DNA from: Bdellovibrionota bacterium FG-1
GTDB lineage: Bacteria; Bdellovibrionota; UBA1018
NCBI GenBank assembly: GCA_051382295.1
Contig: JBBCAW010000008.1
Location: forward strand, 128,001 to 192,000
Length of the DNA stretch: 64,000 bases
Reading direction: 5' to 3'
Position numbers and translations under genes: made by a program. Shown one piece after another: positions 47,704 through 57,508 of the stretch (positions are counted from its first letter, which is position 1; each line of letters opens with the position of its first letter). The notes beneath the pieces were generated by a model. The model had not been told where the DNA came from and made no database searches. It saw only the letters and a list, made by a program, of their open reading frames with translations.

Positions 47704-48693
47704 TTAGAGTTTAAGCTCCGGACGCCCCAGGATTTGAAGGTATTTCTCCATTGTTAATTTAACCGGTGGGCCATCGGGCGTCATTCGGATTTCTCGTCCC
47801 CCCAAAATGGATCCAAGGGTCACCAGAGCCGCGTCCTGAATTTCCCAGGTCTTGACCCGCCTCCGGATAAACTCCACATAGGAGTCGCCCTTCAGATACT
47901 CATCGTATTCTGCTTTGTCAGAATAGCCGATCATAAAGTCCTGCGCCAGACCACTCAACGAGGCCCCTTGCATCGAAACGATCTTATCATCGCCTCGCAC
48001 AAAAAAAGTAGCTACTTCGGCCGTCCTGTATTGCATCACGCTGGCAGACTGATCGGTGTAATCGGTCAAATCCACCATTCGGATCCCAAATCGCTTCACG
48101 TATTGTAAAAACTCTAAGGATTTATTTTGAATGACCTCGTCTGTTTGCGGCTCGATCACCAGATAGGATTGAAAATCCTTCGGGGCCGCCTCATTCATAA
48201 GAACCGCATTGAAAAAATGCCCGGGATAGGTGGCCATCACCAAGGGAATCTGAAATTTCAGTTCCTTTCTGGTTGCATCTACCTTCGCCGTAGCAAGGCG
48301 CTTTCTCGCCCCCGGATCCAGCATGCCTCGATTACTATAACGCGAATAAACCTGCGCTGCAAATCCAGTACAAAGACTATCAAAGGATTCATATTTTCTC
48401 TGACTGGTGTCGTCACGGACCAGAATGAACCTCACCAGTTCTTCACGCGCAGATCTGGTTTTCAGATAGGGCCAGATCGGAAGATCATTGGGCCATTCGT
48501 CAATCGCCTTTTTATAATCCTTTGATTTTGCGGGCTGGCCACTCAAAACAATCAGAGGTTTTTCCAAAATTTTAGTTTGAAGGTCATTGATCTTGGTGAC
48601 TTCTACCATACCCCCTAGGGGCTTTGCACAATCCTGGGAATCTCCAAAAACTGAGTTGAATCCGGCAAGAAATACCATAAAAACGAAGATCAT
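47704..48693 (-). CDS. Secreted protein with papain/transglutaminase-like motifs
   Basis: Signal peptide; LCTGFA, GHFFNA, IEPQTD. Confidence 0.6.
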   Translation of the reverse strand: MIFVFMVFLAGFNSVFGDSQDCAKPLGGMVEVTKINDLQTKILEKPLIVLSGQPAKSKDYKKAIDEWPNDLPIWPYLKTRSAREELVRFILVRDDTSQRKYESFDSLCTGFAAQVYSRYSNRGMLDPGARKRLATAKVDATRKELKFQIPLVMATYPGHFFNAVLMNEAAPKDFQSYLVIEPQTDEVIQNKSLEFLQYVKRFGIRMVDLTDYTDQSASVMQYRTAEVATFFVRGDDKIVSMQGASLSGLAQDFMIGYSDKAEYDEYLKGDSYVEFIRRRVKTWEIQDAALVTLGSILGGREIRMTPDGPPVKLTMEKYLQILGRPELKL

Positions 48694-48940
48694 CGACTGC
48701 TCTTTCTTTTAAGCAAGGGCTCGGGTCTTCAACTCGGAGATCACTAGGGGGTCGACGCATCAGGCAGATGCGTGCTTTGCGCCGAATGCCCATCAAAGGT
48801 CTTCCTCGTGAGCCTCTTTTCACAAACAATCCCCTCCGGCCATTTAAGTGTTACATAATTACACCTAAATGCTCATACTTATTATTGTCATTTAAAATCA
48901 ATCACTTATAAAACAAACCCCTCAACCTGTGACGCAGACC

Positions 48941-49828
48941 TTAACCAAAAGGTGCGGAGCACCTTAGAAGCTTAGGCATCCCTTGCACAAGCTGGCGGAT
49001 TTCAAAAATCTGTTTCACAAACGCGCCGACATGTTCGAGGTAAAACGCATTGGGGCCATCGCTCTTGGCTTGGTCCGGACGGGGATGAGCCTCCATAAAC
49101 AAACCATCGGCGCCGGCGGCAAAAGCAGCCCGGGCTAAGACCTCGAGATTTTCGCGTTTTCCACCCGTACTCTTGCCACCCGCCCCGGCTCCGGGGGACT
49201 GAATCGAGTGAGTAGCATCATAAATGGCCGGGACGCCAAACCGTTGAATTGTCTGAAAGGAAGTCATGTCCACGACCAGCGTATTGTACCCAAACGAAAC
49301 GCCGCGTTCCGTGATGCAAAACCAATCGTTAGAGGGTGCCGAAACCTGGCCACTCTCCACGAGCGACTTCTGAACTTCGTGAACTTTTTCGACAATGTTT
49401 TTAGCATCCCAAGGCGCCAAAAACTGCCCTTTTTTGACGTTCAACCGCGCACCCCGCTTCAAAGCCACCTCGGCACCCGCGACGATCATATCCGTCTGCC
49501 GACATAAAAAAGCCGGAATCTGGATGAAATCGCAGATCTCACCAATGGCCTCAGCCTGATCGGGCGTGTGCATGTCCGTCAAAAGCGGCAAACCCGTTTT
49601 CTCTTTGACCTTGGCCAGGATCTTAAGACCGGCTTCCATCCCAGGTCCGCGAAACCCGTGAATCGAAGTACGATTGGCCTTATCAAAAGAGGCCTTAAAA
49701 TAAAGCTGCAGCGGTAAACCCGCCAACTGCCGCTTCAGTTCTTGCGCCACCTCAAGACAGAGCCCCTCATCCTCAATCACGCATGGACCTGCAATCAACG
49801 TCATAGGTCTCATCTTAAACCGCTCCAT
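48941..49828 (-). CDS. kdsA: KDO-8-phosphate synthase
   Basis: [34 protein letters not shown]. Confidence 0.96.
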   Translation of the reverse strand: MERFKMRPMTLIAGPCVIEDEGLCLEVAQELKRQLAGLPLQLYFKASFDKANRTSIHGFRGPGMEAGLKILAKVKEKTGLPLLTDMHTPDQAEAIGEICDFIQIPAFLCRQTDMIVAGAEVALKRGARLNVKKGQFLAPWDAKNIVEKVHEVQKSLVESGQVSAPSNDWFCITERGVSFGYNTLVVDMTSFQTIQRFGVPAIYDATHSIQSPGAGAGGKSTGGKRENLEVLARAAFAAGADGLFMEAHPRPDQAKSDGPNAFYLEHVGAFVKQIFEIRQLVQGMPKLLRCSAPFG

Positions 49829-51566
49829 CCAACGCTTTAGTCTTAAAGGCGGACTTTCCTTCCGTATCAGACGACCCCAAACCGCGAGAACCCATACCAG
49901 GCAGCGTGCGCTGGGTCACTCGCGCCGCTTCTTTTGCAGCCTTAATGAACGAAACAAACAAGGGATGAGGATGTAAGGGACGGCTCAAAAACTCGGGATG
50001 AAACTGACAGCCTAAGAAATAAGGATGTTGAGGGAGTTCGACCATTTCGACCAGCTCAACTTCCGCAGCTCCAGACGAAGCCGCCTGCAGAAGATGTTTT
50101 CCGCTGACCACTAAACCCTTCTCTTCGAGCTGAGGGCGAAACTGATTGGAGACCTCAAAGCGATGCCGATGTCGCTCAGAGATTTGTTCTTTCCCATAGG
50201 CCTTAAAAGCTTGCGTCGGTTTACCCTGAAATTTAGGGGTAATTTGACAGCCATAGGCTCCTAGGCGCATCGTCCCGCCCATATCCTTCACGTCTTTTTG
50301 GGATTCCATCAAGTCCACTACATTGGCCACGCCACCCGGAGTAAACTCAGCCGAACTCGCATTCTTGATGCCAGCCACATGGCGAGCAAACTCGATCACG
50401 GCGAGTTGCATTCCCAAGCAAATCCCAAAATAAGGGACATTCTCTTTGCGAGCGTACTCAATGGCTCGAATCTTTCCCTCTACGCCACGATCACCAAAGC
50501 CTCCCGGGACCAAAATCCCATCCACCGAGCGCAAGAGATCGAGATTTTTTCCATTTTCGAGTTCTTCTGAATCAATGTAGAGCATATTGACTTTGACTTC
50601 GTTAGCCGCGCCACCATGAATCAAAGCCTCGTTCAGCGACTTATAACTTTCGCGCCAATCCGTGTACTTACCCACGACGCCAATGGTGACTTCGCCCTTG
50701 GGCTTGCGAAGCTTGGCGACCATCGCTTCCCATTTGGAAAGATCAGGACGCCCGGTCCAGATTCCCAATTTTTCAACGATTTTTTCATCCAAGCCTTCTT
50801 TATGAAAATAAAGAGGGACTTCGTAAATACTCGCCACGTCCACGGCACTGAAAACCTGTTCGCCAGGAAGATTACAGAACAACCCGATCTTGTCCTTCAC
50901 GTCCTTAGGCAGCGCTCGATCTGAGCGACAAAGCAAAATGTCAGGCTGAATCCCGATTTCCCGAAGTTCCCTGACTGAATGTTGAGTTGGCTTAGTCTTG
51001 AGCTCAGCGGCCGCTGAAATATAAGGCACCAAGGTGACGTGAACAAACATCACGTTGTCGCCCCCTTGCTCGACCTTCAGCTGGCGAATGGCCTCCAGAA
51101 ACGGAAGGCTTTCGATATCCCCGACCGTTCCACCGACTTCAACAATGGCAAGATCGGCCTCTTGAACCGCATCAAAGATGTGGCGCTTAATCTCGTCAGT
51201 AATATGGGGAATGACCTGAACGGTTTTGCCCAAATAACCACCGGCGCGTTCGCGGCGAATGACGGTGTCGTAAATACGGCCCGTCGTAAAACTGTTTTTG
51301 CGGGTAAAGCGCGCGTCTTGAACAAAACGCGAGTAATGCCCCAGATCGAGATCGGTTTCAGCGCCGTCGTCTAGGACAAAAACTTCGCCATGTTGAAACG
51401 GGCTCATCGTACCGGGGTCAACATTAAGGTACGGGTCCATTTTGACCATCGTGACCTTGATGTTGCGGTTTTCCATCAACATGCCGATCGAAGCAGCGGC
51501 TATGCCTTTTCCGATACTTGAGAGCACACCACCCGTGACAAAAATGAACTTTTTCTGCTTCGCCAT
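49815..51566 (-). CDS. pyrG: CTP synthase
   Basis: [30 protein letters not shown]; start ATG 51566. Confidence 0.97.
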   Translation of the reverse strand: MAKQKKFIFVTGGVLSSIGKGIAAASIGMLMENRNIKVTMVKMDPYLNVDPGTMSPFQHGEVFVLDDGAETDLDLGHYSRFVQDARFTRKNSFTTGRIYDTVIRRERAGGYLGKTVQVIPHITDEIKRHIFDAVQEADLAIVEVGGTVGDIESLPFLEAIRQLKVEQGGDNVMFVHVTLVPYISAAAELKTKPTQHSVRELREIGIQPDILLCRSDRALPKDVKDKIGLFCNLPGEQVFSAVDVASIYEVPLYFHKEGLDEKIVEKLGIWTGRPDLSKWEAMVAKLRKPKGEVTIGVVGKYTDWRESYKSLNEALIHGGAANEVKVNMLYIDSEELENGKNLDLLRSVDGILVPGGFGDRGVEGKIRAIEYARKENVPYFGICLGMQLAVIEFARHVAGIKNASSAEFTPGGVANVVDLMESQKDVKDMGGTMRLGAYGCQITPKFQGKPTQAFKAYGKEQISERHRHRFEVSNQFRPQLEEKGLVVSGKHLLQAASSGAAEVELVEMVELPQHPYFLGCQFHPEFLSRPLHPHPLFVSFIKAAKEAARVTQRTLPGMGSRGLGSSDTEGKSAFKTKALDGAV

Positions 51567-51607
51567 GAACGGCAGTTTAACCGGCCAGGGGATCAAAGCA
51601 AAGGGGG

Positions 51608-52342
51608 TTAAGCCAGAAGTTTTCTAACTTTTTCAAGATCCTCGGGAGTATCCACGCCCACTGAAATAAAGTTGACTTCCGCGATTCCAATGGGGATTCC
51701 TGCCTCAAGGGCGCGCAACTGTTCTAGAATTTCACCTTTCTCAAACGCGGACGGCGCCAAGGAGCGAAATTTCATGAGGGTAGCGCGATCATAGACGTAA
51801 AGTCCGACATGGCGCATACAGGCAAACTTTTCGCCCGCAGAGGGTTCGGCACCCCGACTGTAAGGAATGGGGAGCCTCGAAAAATAAATCGACCGCCCCA
51901 GGCTATCCGAGATGACTTTGACCACGGATGAATCATGGAGTTCACGTCGATCTCTCAGTGGAGTCATCGCGGTCCCCATCGGAAACCGACCTGACTTGAC
52001 TAAATCAACGGCTTTTTCAATGGCCAGTGGGTCCATCATGGGCTCATCACCCTGGATATTTACATAGATATCCGCAGGGATCTGATCGGCGACAGCTCCA
52101 ACGCGATCCGTGCCACTCTGAAGGTCACTCGAGGTCATCACAGCCTCACCGCCAAAACTCCGCACAACGGTCGCCACCCGCTCGTCATCCGTAGCCACGA
52201 CGACTCGATCCAACCCTCGCGCTGCCTTGGCCCTTTCGTAAACCCACTGAATCATCGGTTTACCATGAATGAGCGCGAGCGGTTTGCCAGGGAGCCGCAC
52301 AGAGGCGTAGCGAGCAGGAATGACAGCTAATACTGAGGACAT
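51608..52342 (-). CDS. kdsB: CMP-KDO synthetase
   Basis: [28 protein letters not shown]. Confidence 0.96.
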   Translation of the reverse strand: MSSVLAVIPARYASVRLPGKPLALIHGKPMIQWVYERAKAARGLDRVVVATDDERVATVVRSFGGEAVMTSSDLQSGTDRVGAVADQIPADIYVNIQGDEPMMDPLAIEKAVDLVKSGRFPMGTAMTPLRDRRELHDSSVVKVISDSLGRSIYFSRLPIPYSRGAEPSAGEKFACMRHVGLYVYDRATLMKFRSLAPSAFEKGEILEQLRALEAGIPIGIAEVNFISVGVDTPEDLEKVRKLLA

Positions 52343-52376
52343 AGAGCGACCTTTCTTATGAATCGAAACAACACGT

Positions 52377-53039
52377 TTAGTGATGACAATGCGGACATGG
52401 AGCCCCTTCGCCGGATTTAGCCATCATCAGCGATGATGCGCGGACACCAAGCGCCAGTACTCCCGCCGAGATCAGCAAGAGTGCACACAACCGAGGAACT
52501 CGCTGAGCAACAGGCCGAAGCACCCGATCCACTAACCACGGAGCAAAACTCAACGCCGGGACAGTGCCCAACCAAAAAGCAAAAAGGAAAACCACCCCGG
52601 CTAAAGCACTGCGAGTCGCAACCGCCCCCAGCACAAAGCCGTGTAACCACCCGCAGGGCAAAAGCGCGGATAAAAGCCCGACCGACAAAGGCTGCCCCCC
52701 CGCCTTTTTAAAAAGCACCGAAATCACCCTGTTCGGAAGCGCAAAAAGATGCGCGCCCTTTCCGCGCCACACATGAACACCCAAGGAAATAAAACCGGCA
52801 GCCAAAAAAACCGTGGCGACCCACGAGACCACGCTCATTTCATTGCCCGAAAGCACCGCTTGCCCCAGGCTCCCCGCCAAGGCCCCCAAACTCAAATACC
52901 CGATCAGCCTACCGAGATGATACTGCACCACCGCACCGGAACTCCGCCCCACCGAAATTGCCAGACCACCGCACATACCAACGCAATGCCCGCTTCCGAG
53001 CAAACTCGCGCCCACCACGGCAAACGGGATGGCATTCAT
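52377..53039 (-). CDS. DsbD_2 / sulfite-exporter-like membrane protein of cbb3 clusters
   Basis: HCVGMCGG, LLPCGWL, FWLGTVP; start ATG 53039. Confidence 0.85.
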   Translation of the reverse strand: MNAIPFAVVGASLLGSGHCVGMCGGLAISVGRSSGAVVQYHLGRLIGYLSLGALAGSLGQAVLSGNEMSVVSWVATVFLAAGFISLGVHVWRGKGAHLFALPNRVISVLFKKAGGQPLSVGLLSALLPCGWLHGFVLGAVATRSALAGVVFLFAFWLGTVPALSFAPWLVDRVLRPVAQRVPRLCALLLISAGVLALGVRASSLMMAKSGEGAPCPHCHH

Positions 53040-53055
53040 CCAATCATTTGCGTGG

Positions 53056-54474
53056 CTAATTGAAAGGACCGACAAGTTTAACCTCCCGGATGATTTCGGC
53101 ACCACTGCCATCTTTTCGATCAAAGGCCACTTGAATTGGCACCGCCAGTTTACCCATCTTAAGTAGAATTTTTGGAAACCGCACGAAAATATCCATACGA
53201 TAATTCGCCCCCGCGTCCAACCGAGGTGGACTCGGCGCCATAATCATCTCGGCGCCCTGGGAACGGAGCGTCTCAGGCAACGCAATACGAGGCTGCATCG
53301 AAGCGAAGGACTGATTTCTCAAATCAACCCTGAAATGATTGACCACCCAAGCCGATCCGCCTGGACCCACGATCTCTTGGTAGGGGGCCTCAATACCCCG
53401 AATAAAATCGGCCGAAATATCCTGACGCCCCCGGAGGGTGACCACCAACCCCGCCACCAGAATCGTAATAATGACCAAATAAAACATCGGACGAGGGCGA
53501 AAAACTGAGAATGCCTTTTTAGTTTTTCCGGCTAAAGCATCGTATCGAATTAAACCCCGAGGCTTATTAAAACGAGTCATCACCGCATCGCAAGCATCCA
53601 TGCAAGCCGTACACGCGATACACTCCAACTGGGTCCCCCGGCGAATATCGATGCCGGTAGGACAAACGCCCACGCAACGATAACAACTAATACAATCGCC
53701 CTGATTTTTTAAATCCGTCACCGAAGACTTACGAGGCTCGCCTCGACTGGTGTCGTAGTACACCACCATCGACTCATCATCCATGAGTACGGATTGGAAG
53801 CGCGCATAAGGACATACCACCACGCAAAACTGCTCGCGGAACCACCCAAAATCAAAAAGACTAAAACTCGTCACAAACCCCATGACCAAAAAACTCGCGG
53901 GATATTCGGACGGGGAGGACCGAAGCATCTGCCCGATCTGTTGAGGACCAACGAAGTAAGCTAAAAAACTATGGCTAATGACTAAAGAAATCGCGCCAAA
54001 AATCAGCCACTTCAGGCCTTTCAGTAGAATTTTATGTAGGGTCCAATTCCCCTGATCGAGCTTTTTACGATCCCGCCAATCTCCTTCGATCCAGCGTTCA
54101 ATTTTTCTAAACACAGAATCAACAAATACGGTCTGGGGGCAGGCCCAACCACACCAAACTCTACCCCAGACCGCGGTAACAAAAGCCCAACTAAAGACGA
54201 TGCCCCCGAAAATGAAAAACAACATCGGAGCGTCATGAGCCCAAAACATCAGACCTAAAATTGAAAAACGACGTCCGGCAATATCCAAGAGAATCGCAGG
54301 TTTTCCAGCCACTTTAAGCCAGGGCAAGGCAAGAAATAACAGGATCAATCCCGTACTTACTCCACTTCGAAGGGACCGAAACTTTCCAGCCACATCTTGC
54401 GGATAAAGATAAACCCGATGACCTTCTTGATCCGTCGTCGCTAAATGATCTGAGGGGAGCTCATTGATATTCAT
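53056..54474 (-). CDS. ccoG: cbb3 oxidase accessory polyferredoxin
   Basis: CGWACPQT, CPYARFQ, CISCYRCVGVCP, CIACTACMDAC. Confidence 0.95.
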   Translation of the reverse strand: MNINELPSDHLATTDQEGHRVYLYPQDVAGKFRSLRSGVSTGLILLFLALPWLKVAGKPAILLDIAGRRFSILGLMFWAHDAPMLFFIFGGIVFSWAFVTAVWGRVWCGWACPQTVFVDSVFRKIERWIEGDWRDRKKLDQGNWTLHKILLKGLKWLIFGAISLVISHSFLAYFVGPQQIGQMLRSSPSEYPASFLVMGFVTSFSLFDFGWFREQFCVVVCPYARFQSVLMDDESMVVYYDTSRGEPRKSSVTDLKNQGDCISCYRCVGVCPTGIDIRRGTQLECIACTACMDACDAVMTRFNKPRGLIRYDALAGKTKKAFSVFRPRPMFYLVIITILVAGLVVTLRGRQDISADFIRGIEAPYQEIVGPGGSAWVVNHFRVDLRNQSFASMQPRIALPETLRSQGAEMIMAPSPPRLDAGANYRMDIFVRFPKILLKMGKLAVPIQVAFDRKDGSGAEIIREVKLVGPFN

Positions 54475-55010
54475 TCGATGATCACTTTTTCACCCTGCGG
54501 GGCTTTGGGATTCGGAGGATTTGTTCCGCGAAGCGAACGAATATACCCTGCGACCGAGTAAATCTCGTCCGGTTTAAGCAGCGGCCCCCACGGCGGCATC
54601 CCCTTGTCCGCCACCCCGGTAGTGATCGTTTTAACGATATCGGTCAGCTGACCTCCATGAATCCAATAATCATCCGTCAGATTCGGACCAATGTTTCCCT
54701 GCCCTTGAGGACCATGACAAGGAAGGCATTTACCCTGAAATATCTGTTGTCCCAAAGCACGATGCTCCGGCTGCTTGATATAAGTCTTGAGTTCGTCTTC
54801 AGTCATGGCTTTTGCGCTACTCCCCACCGCCGCCTTTTTTTGCTCAATGCTTCGCATGTCAGCGGCGTATTCCTGAACCAACGATGGTCCTGTGCCAAGG
54901 CTGTAATAGGCGAAATACCCTGCCGCAAAAATAATGGAGCCGTATAGGATACCTAACCACCAACGAGGAAGAAAATTATCATGCTCCTCAATGCCATCGT
55001 AATCGGTCAT
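54471..55010 (-). CDS. ccoP: cbb3 oxidase subunit III (mono-heme)
   Basis: YDGIEEHDNFLPRWW, CLPCH, GPNLTD, GMPPW. Confidence 0.92.
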   Translation of the reverse strand: MTDYDGIEEHDNFLPRWWLGILYGSIIFAAGYFAYYSLGTGPSLVQEYAADMRSIEQKKAAVGSSAKAMTEDELKTYIKQPEHRALGQQIFQGKCLPCHGPQGQGNIGPNLTDDYWIHGGQLTDIVKTITTGVADKGMPPWGPLLKPDEIYSVAGYIRSLRGTNPPNPKAPQGEKVIIE

Positions 55011-55183
55011 GATTCATCCACTCCTTGCTCCCTCAGCGGAGCGGCGGACATCTCGGCGTAAAAAGCGGAGCTTCCCTTTCGAAAAACCCAACCCACCGCA
55101 CCTAAAAAAACCGTTAAGAAAAGAAAAAGCCCCAAGCAAGTCAACCAGGGAAACGGAAACTTAGAAACGACTTCCGCCATCAT
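55007..55183 (-). CDS. ccoQ: cbb3 oxidase small subunit, 58 aa
   Basis: Hand translation MMAEVVSKFPFPWLTCLGLFLFLTVFLGAVGWVFRKG...APL; ATGA overlaps on both sides. Confidence 0.85.
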   Translation of the reverse strand: MMAEVVSKFPFPWLTCLGLFLFLTVFLGAVGWVFRKGSSAFYAEMSAAPLREQGVDES

Positions 55184-57342
55184 TTGATGCCACCCTTCTT
55201 AAAGTCAGCGCCGAGCCTTTGGAGATAGGAAATCAGAGGAATAATTTCCTTATCTTCTATACCAGCAGGAGCGCCTTGAATTTTAAGTCCGTTAGCAATT
55301 TGCTGGGCTTCCGCCTGTCCATCGGCCACCGCGTGCTCCAATTCTGCATCCGTATAAGGAACCCCCAACTGTTTCATGACTTGAAGCTTTTTAGGAAAAA
55401 TCGCAAAATCTGTTTTGTCGCTAAACAGCCATGGGTAAACCGGCATAATCGATCCGGCAGTCACATCCCGGGGATCCATCATGTGGCGATAATGCCATAG
55501 ATCCGGATATTTTCCACCCACGCGAGCCAAGTCAGGACCGGTTCGCTTGGAGCCCCACTGAAACGGATGATCGTACACCGACTCCTCCGATCGAGAATAA
55601 GCGCCAAAGCGTAAAGTTTCTGCAACCAGCGGCCGAATCATTTGCGAGTGACAAAGATAGCAACCCTCGCGAACATAGATATCCCGGCCATGAAGCTGAA
55701 GTGCCGAGTAGGGTTTGATATTAGGGTGCGCTTCAACCAATTCCCCGATCAAGAAGGTGGGCACGATCTCAATCAAGCTACCAATGGCCACCGCCACCGT
55801 CGCAAGAACCGTGAAGACGTAAGGCAAGCCTTCCAGCTTGCGATGCACGCCATCACCAAGTTCAGCAAGCTTAGGCGTACGAAAAGCGAGCGCCGAAACA
55901 ACGTCAGGCCCGGTACTTTTGGGCGCCAAACGGATGGTTTTGAAAATATTATAAAGCATGGTGAGAAAACCCGTAAAGTACATCATCCCACCGCAAGCAC
56001 GAACCCAGTAAAGCGGCACAATCTTCGTGACGGTTTCGATAAAATCCGGATACACAAGATGGCCAGATGAATCCATTGCCCGAAGCATCAACCCTTGGGT
56101 AATCCCAGCGGCCCACATCGACAAGTAATACATCAGGATGCCAATCGTACCGATCCAGAAGTGGATATTGGCCAAACGCCTACTGAAAAGCTCGGTTTTC
56201 CAGAGTTTTGGAACTAAATAGTAAATCATGGCAAAAGACAGGAAACCATTCCAACCTAAAGTACCGCCATGGACATGACCAATAATCCAATCAGTATAAT
56301 GGGCCAGGCCATTGACCGACTTAATCGCAAGCAGCGGCCCTTCGAACGTTGTCATCCCGTAAAACGTAATAGCCGTAACGAACATTTTGAGTATCGGATC
56401 AGCTCGCACCTTGTCCCAAGCACCACGAAGCGTGAGCAAGCCATTGATCATCCCACCCCAACTCGGTGCCCAGAGCATGACTGAAAAAACCATCCCCAAA
56501 GTCTGAGCCCACTCAGGAAGAGCGGTATAAAGCAGGTGATGGGGACCCGCCCAAATGTAAATAAAAACCAAGGACCAAAAATGCACAATGGACAGTCGAT
56601 AGCTGTATATGGGTCGATTGGCCGCCTTCGGCAAGAAATAATACATCAGACCCAAAAATGGCGTGGTCAAAAAGAAAGCCACGGCGTTGTGGCCATACCA
56701 CCATTGAACCAAGGCATCCTGCGCACCGGCATAAATGGGGTAACTCTTCCAAAAGCTGACCGGAAGATTGATCGTATTGATCACATGCAAAAGCGCAACG
56801 GTGACAATCGTGGCGATATAAAACCAAATCGCCACATACATATGCTTTTCGCGTCGTTTGGCAATAGTACCAAAGAAATTGACTGCAAAAACCAGCCAAA
56901 TGACCGTGACCATAAGACTTATCGGCCACTCCAGCTCCGCATACTCCTTGCCCACGGTCAATCCGAGCGGCAAAGTAATCGCCGCCGAAACGATAATGAG
57001 CTGCCAACCCCAAAAATGAAGCTTACTTAAAAGATCCGAAAACATCCGGGTTTTCAATAAGCGCTGGGTTGAGTAATAGATCCCGGCAAAAATCGCATTA
57101 CCCGCAAAGGCAAAAATAGCAGCATTAGTATGCAAAGGCCTCAGACGGCCGAAGGTCGTCCAGGGAATCCCGAGGTTAACGCGCCAATCCGCCAATTCAA
57201 GCGCGATAACAATGCCGACCAAAAATGCGACCAAACCAAAAACCAAAGTCGCTAAAATAAATTTTTTGACGATCTCGTCGTCATATGAAAACTTTTCCAT
57301 CACTTCGGACTGAGAGCCCAAGGCTTTTGCACTGATATTCAT
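55180..57342 (-). CDS. ccoN: cbb3 cytochrome c oxidase fused subunits I/II (CcoNO)
   Basis: RLRPLHT, WWYGHN, GPHH, GHVH; CYLCHSQMIRP, WGSKRTGPDL; start ATG 57342. Confidence 0.96.
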   Translation of the reverse strand: MNISAKALGSQSEVMEKFSYDDEIVKKFILATLVFGLVAFLVGIVIALELADWRVNLGIPWTTFGRLRPLHTNAAIFAFAGNAIFAGIYYSTQRLLKTRMFSDLLSKLHFWGWQLIIVSAAITLPLGLTVGKEYAELEWPISLMVTVIWLVFAVNFFGTIAKRREKHMYVAIWFYIATIVTVALLHVINTINLPVSFWKSYPIYAGAQDALVQWWYGHNAVAFFLTTPFLGLMYYFLPKAANRPIYSYRLSIVHFWSLVFIYIWAGPHHLLYTALPEWAQTLGMVFSVMLWAPSWGGMINGLLTLRGAWDKVRADPILKMFVTAITFYGMTTFEGPLLAIKSVNGLAHYTDWIIGHVHGGTLGWNGFLSFAMIYYLVPKLWKTELFSRRLANIHFWIGTIGILMYYLSMWAAGITQGLMLRAMDSSGHLVYPDFIETVTKIVPLYWVRACGGMMYFTGFLTMLYNIFKTIRLAPKSTGPDVVSALAFRTPKLAELGDGVHRKLEGLPYVFTVLATVAVAIGSLIEIVPTFLIGELVEAHPNIKPYSALQLHGRDIYVREGCYLCHSQMIRPLVAETLRFGAYSRSEESVYDHPFQWGSKRTGPDLARVGGKYPDLWHYRHMMDPRDVTAGSIMPVYPWLFSDKTDFAIFPKKLQVMKQLGVPYTDAELEHAVADGQAEAQQIANGLKIQGAPAGIEDKEIIPLISYLQRLGADFKKGGIK

Positions 57343-57364
57343 GAATGCTGACTCCTGATGTTTC

Positions 57365-57508
57365 TCATTCTTCTTCCTCAAGTAAAACTCGATGCGCCGG
57401 GGTTTCCAAGTCTTCGAATTGTCCACTGGATGCCATCCAAATAAACCCGGCCACAAAACTTCCCCCTAGCAATAACGCAATTGGGAGCAAAATATGAACT
57501 ACATTCAT
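57365..57508 (-). CDS. ccoS: cbb3 oxidase maturation protein, 47 aa
   Basis: Hand translation MNVVHILLPIALLLG...FIWMASSGQFEDLETPAHRVL. Confidence 0.9.
   Translation of the reverse strand: MNVVHILLPIALLLGGSFVAGFIWMASSGQFEDLETPAHRVLLEEEE

Noticed and set aside
48584..48829. 81-aa minus-strand ORF with a GGAGG-like RBS
   Set aside because: Overlaps the 329-aa gene out of frame and has no recognisable features.
48750..48830. c-di-GMP-I riboswitch suggested by GGCGCAAAGC on the minus strand
   Set aside because: The upstream GGCAAAC and GNRA-capped P2 stem are absent.
57343..57456. N-terminal extension of CcoNO
   Set aside because: Overlaps ccoS; RBS AGGAG supports the start at 57342.
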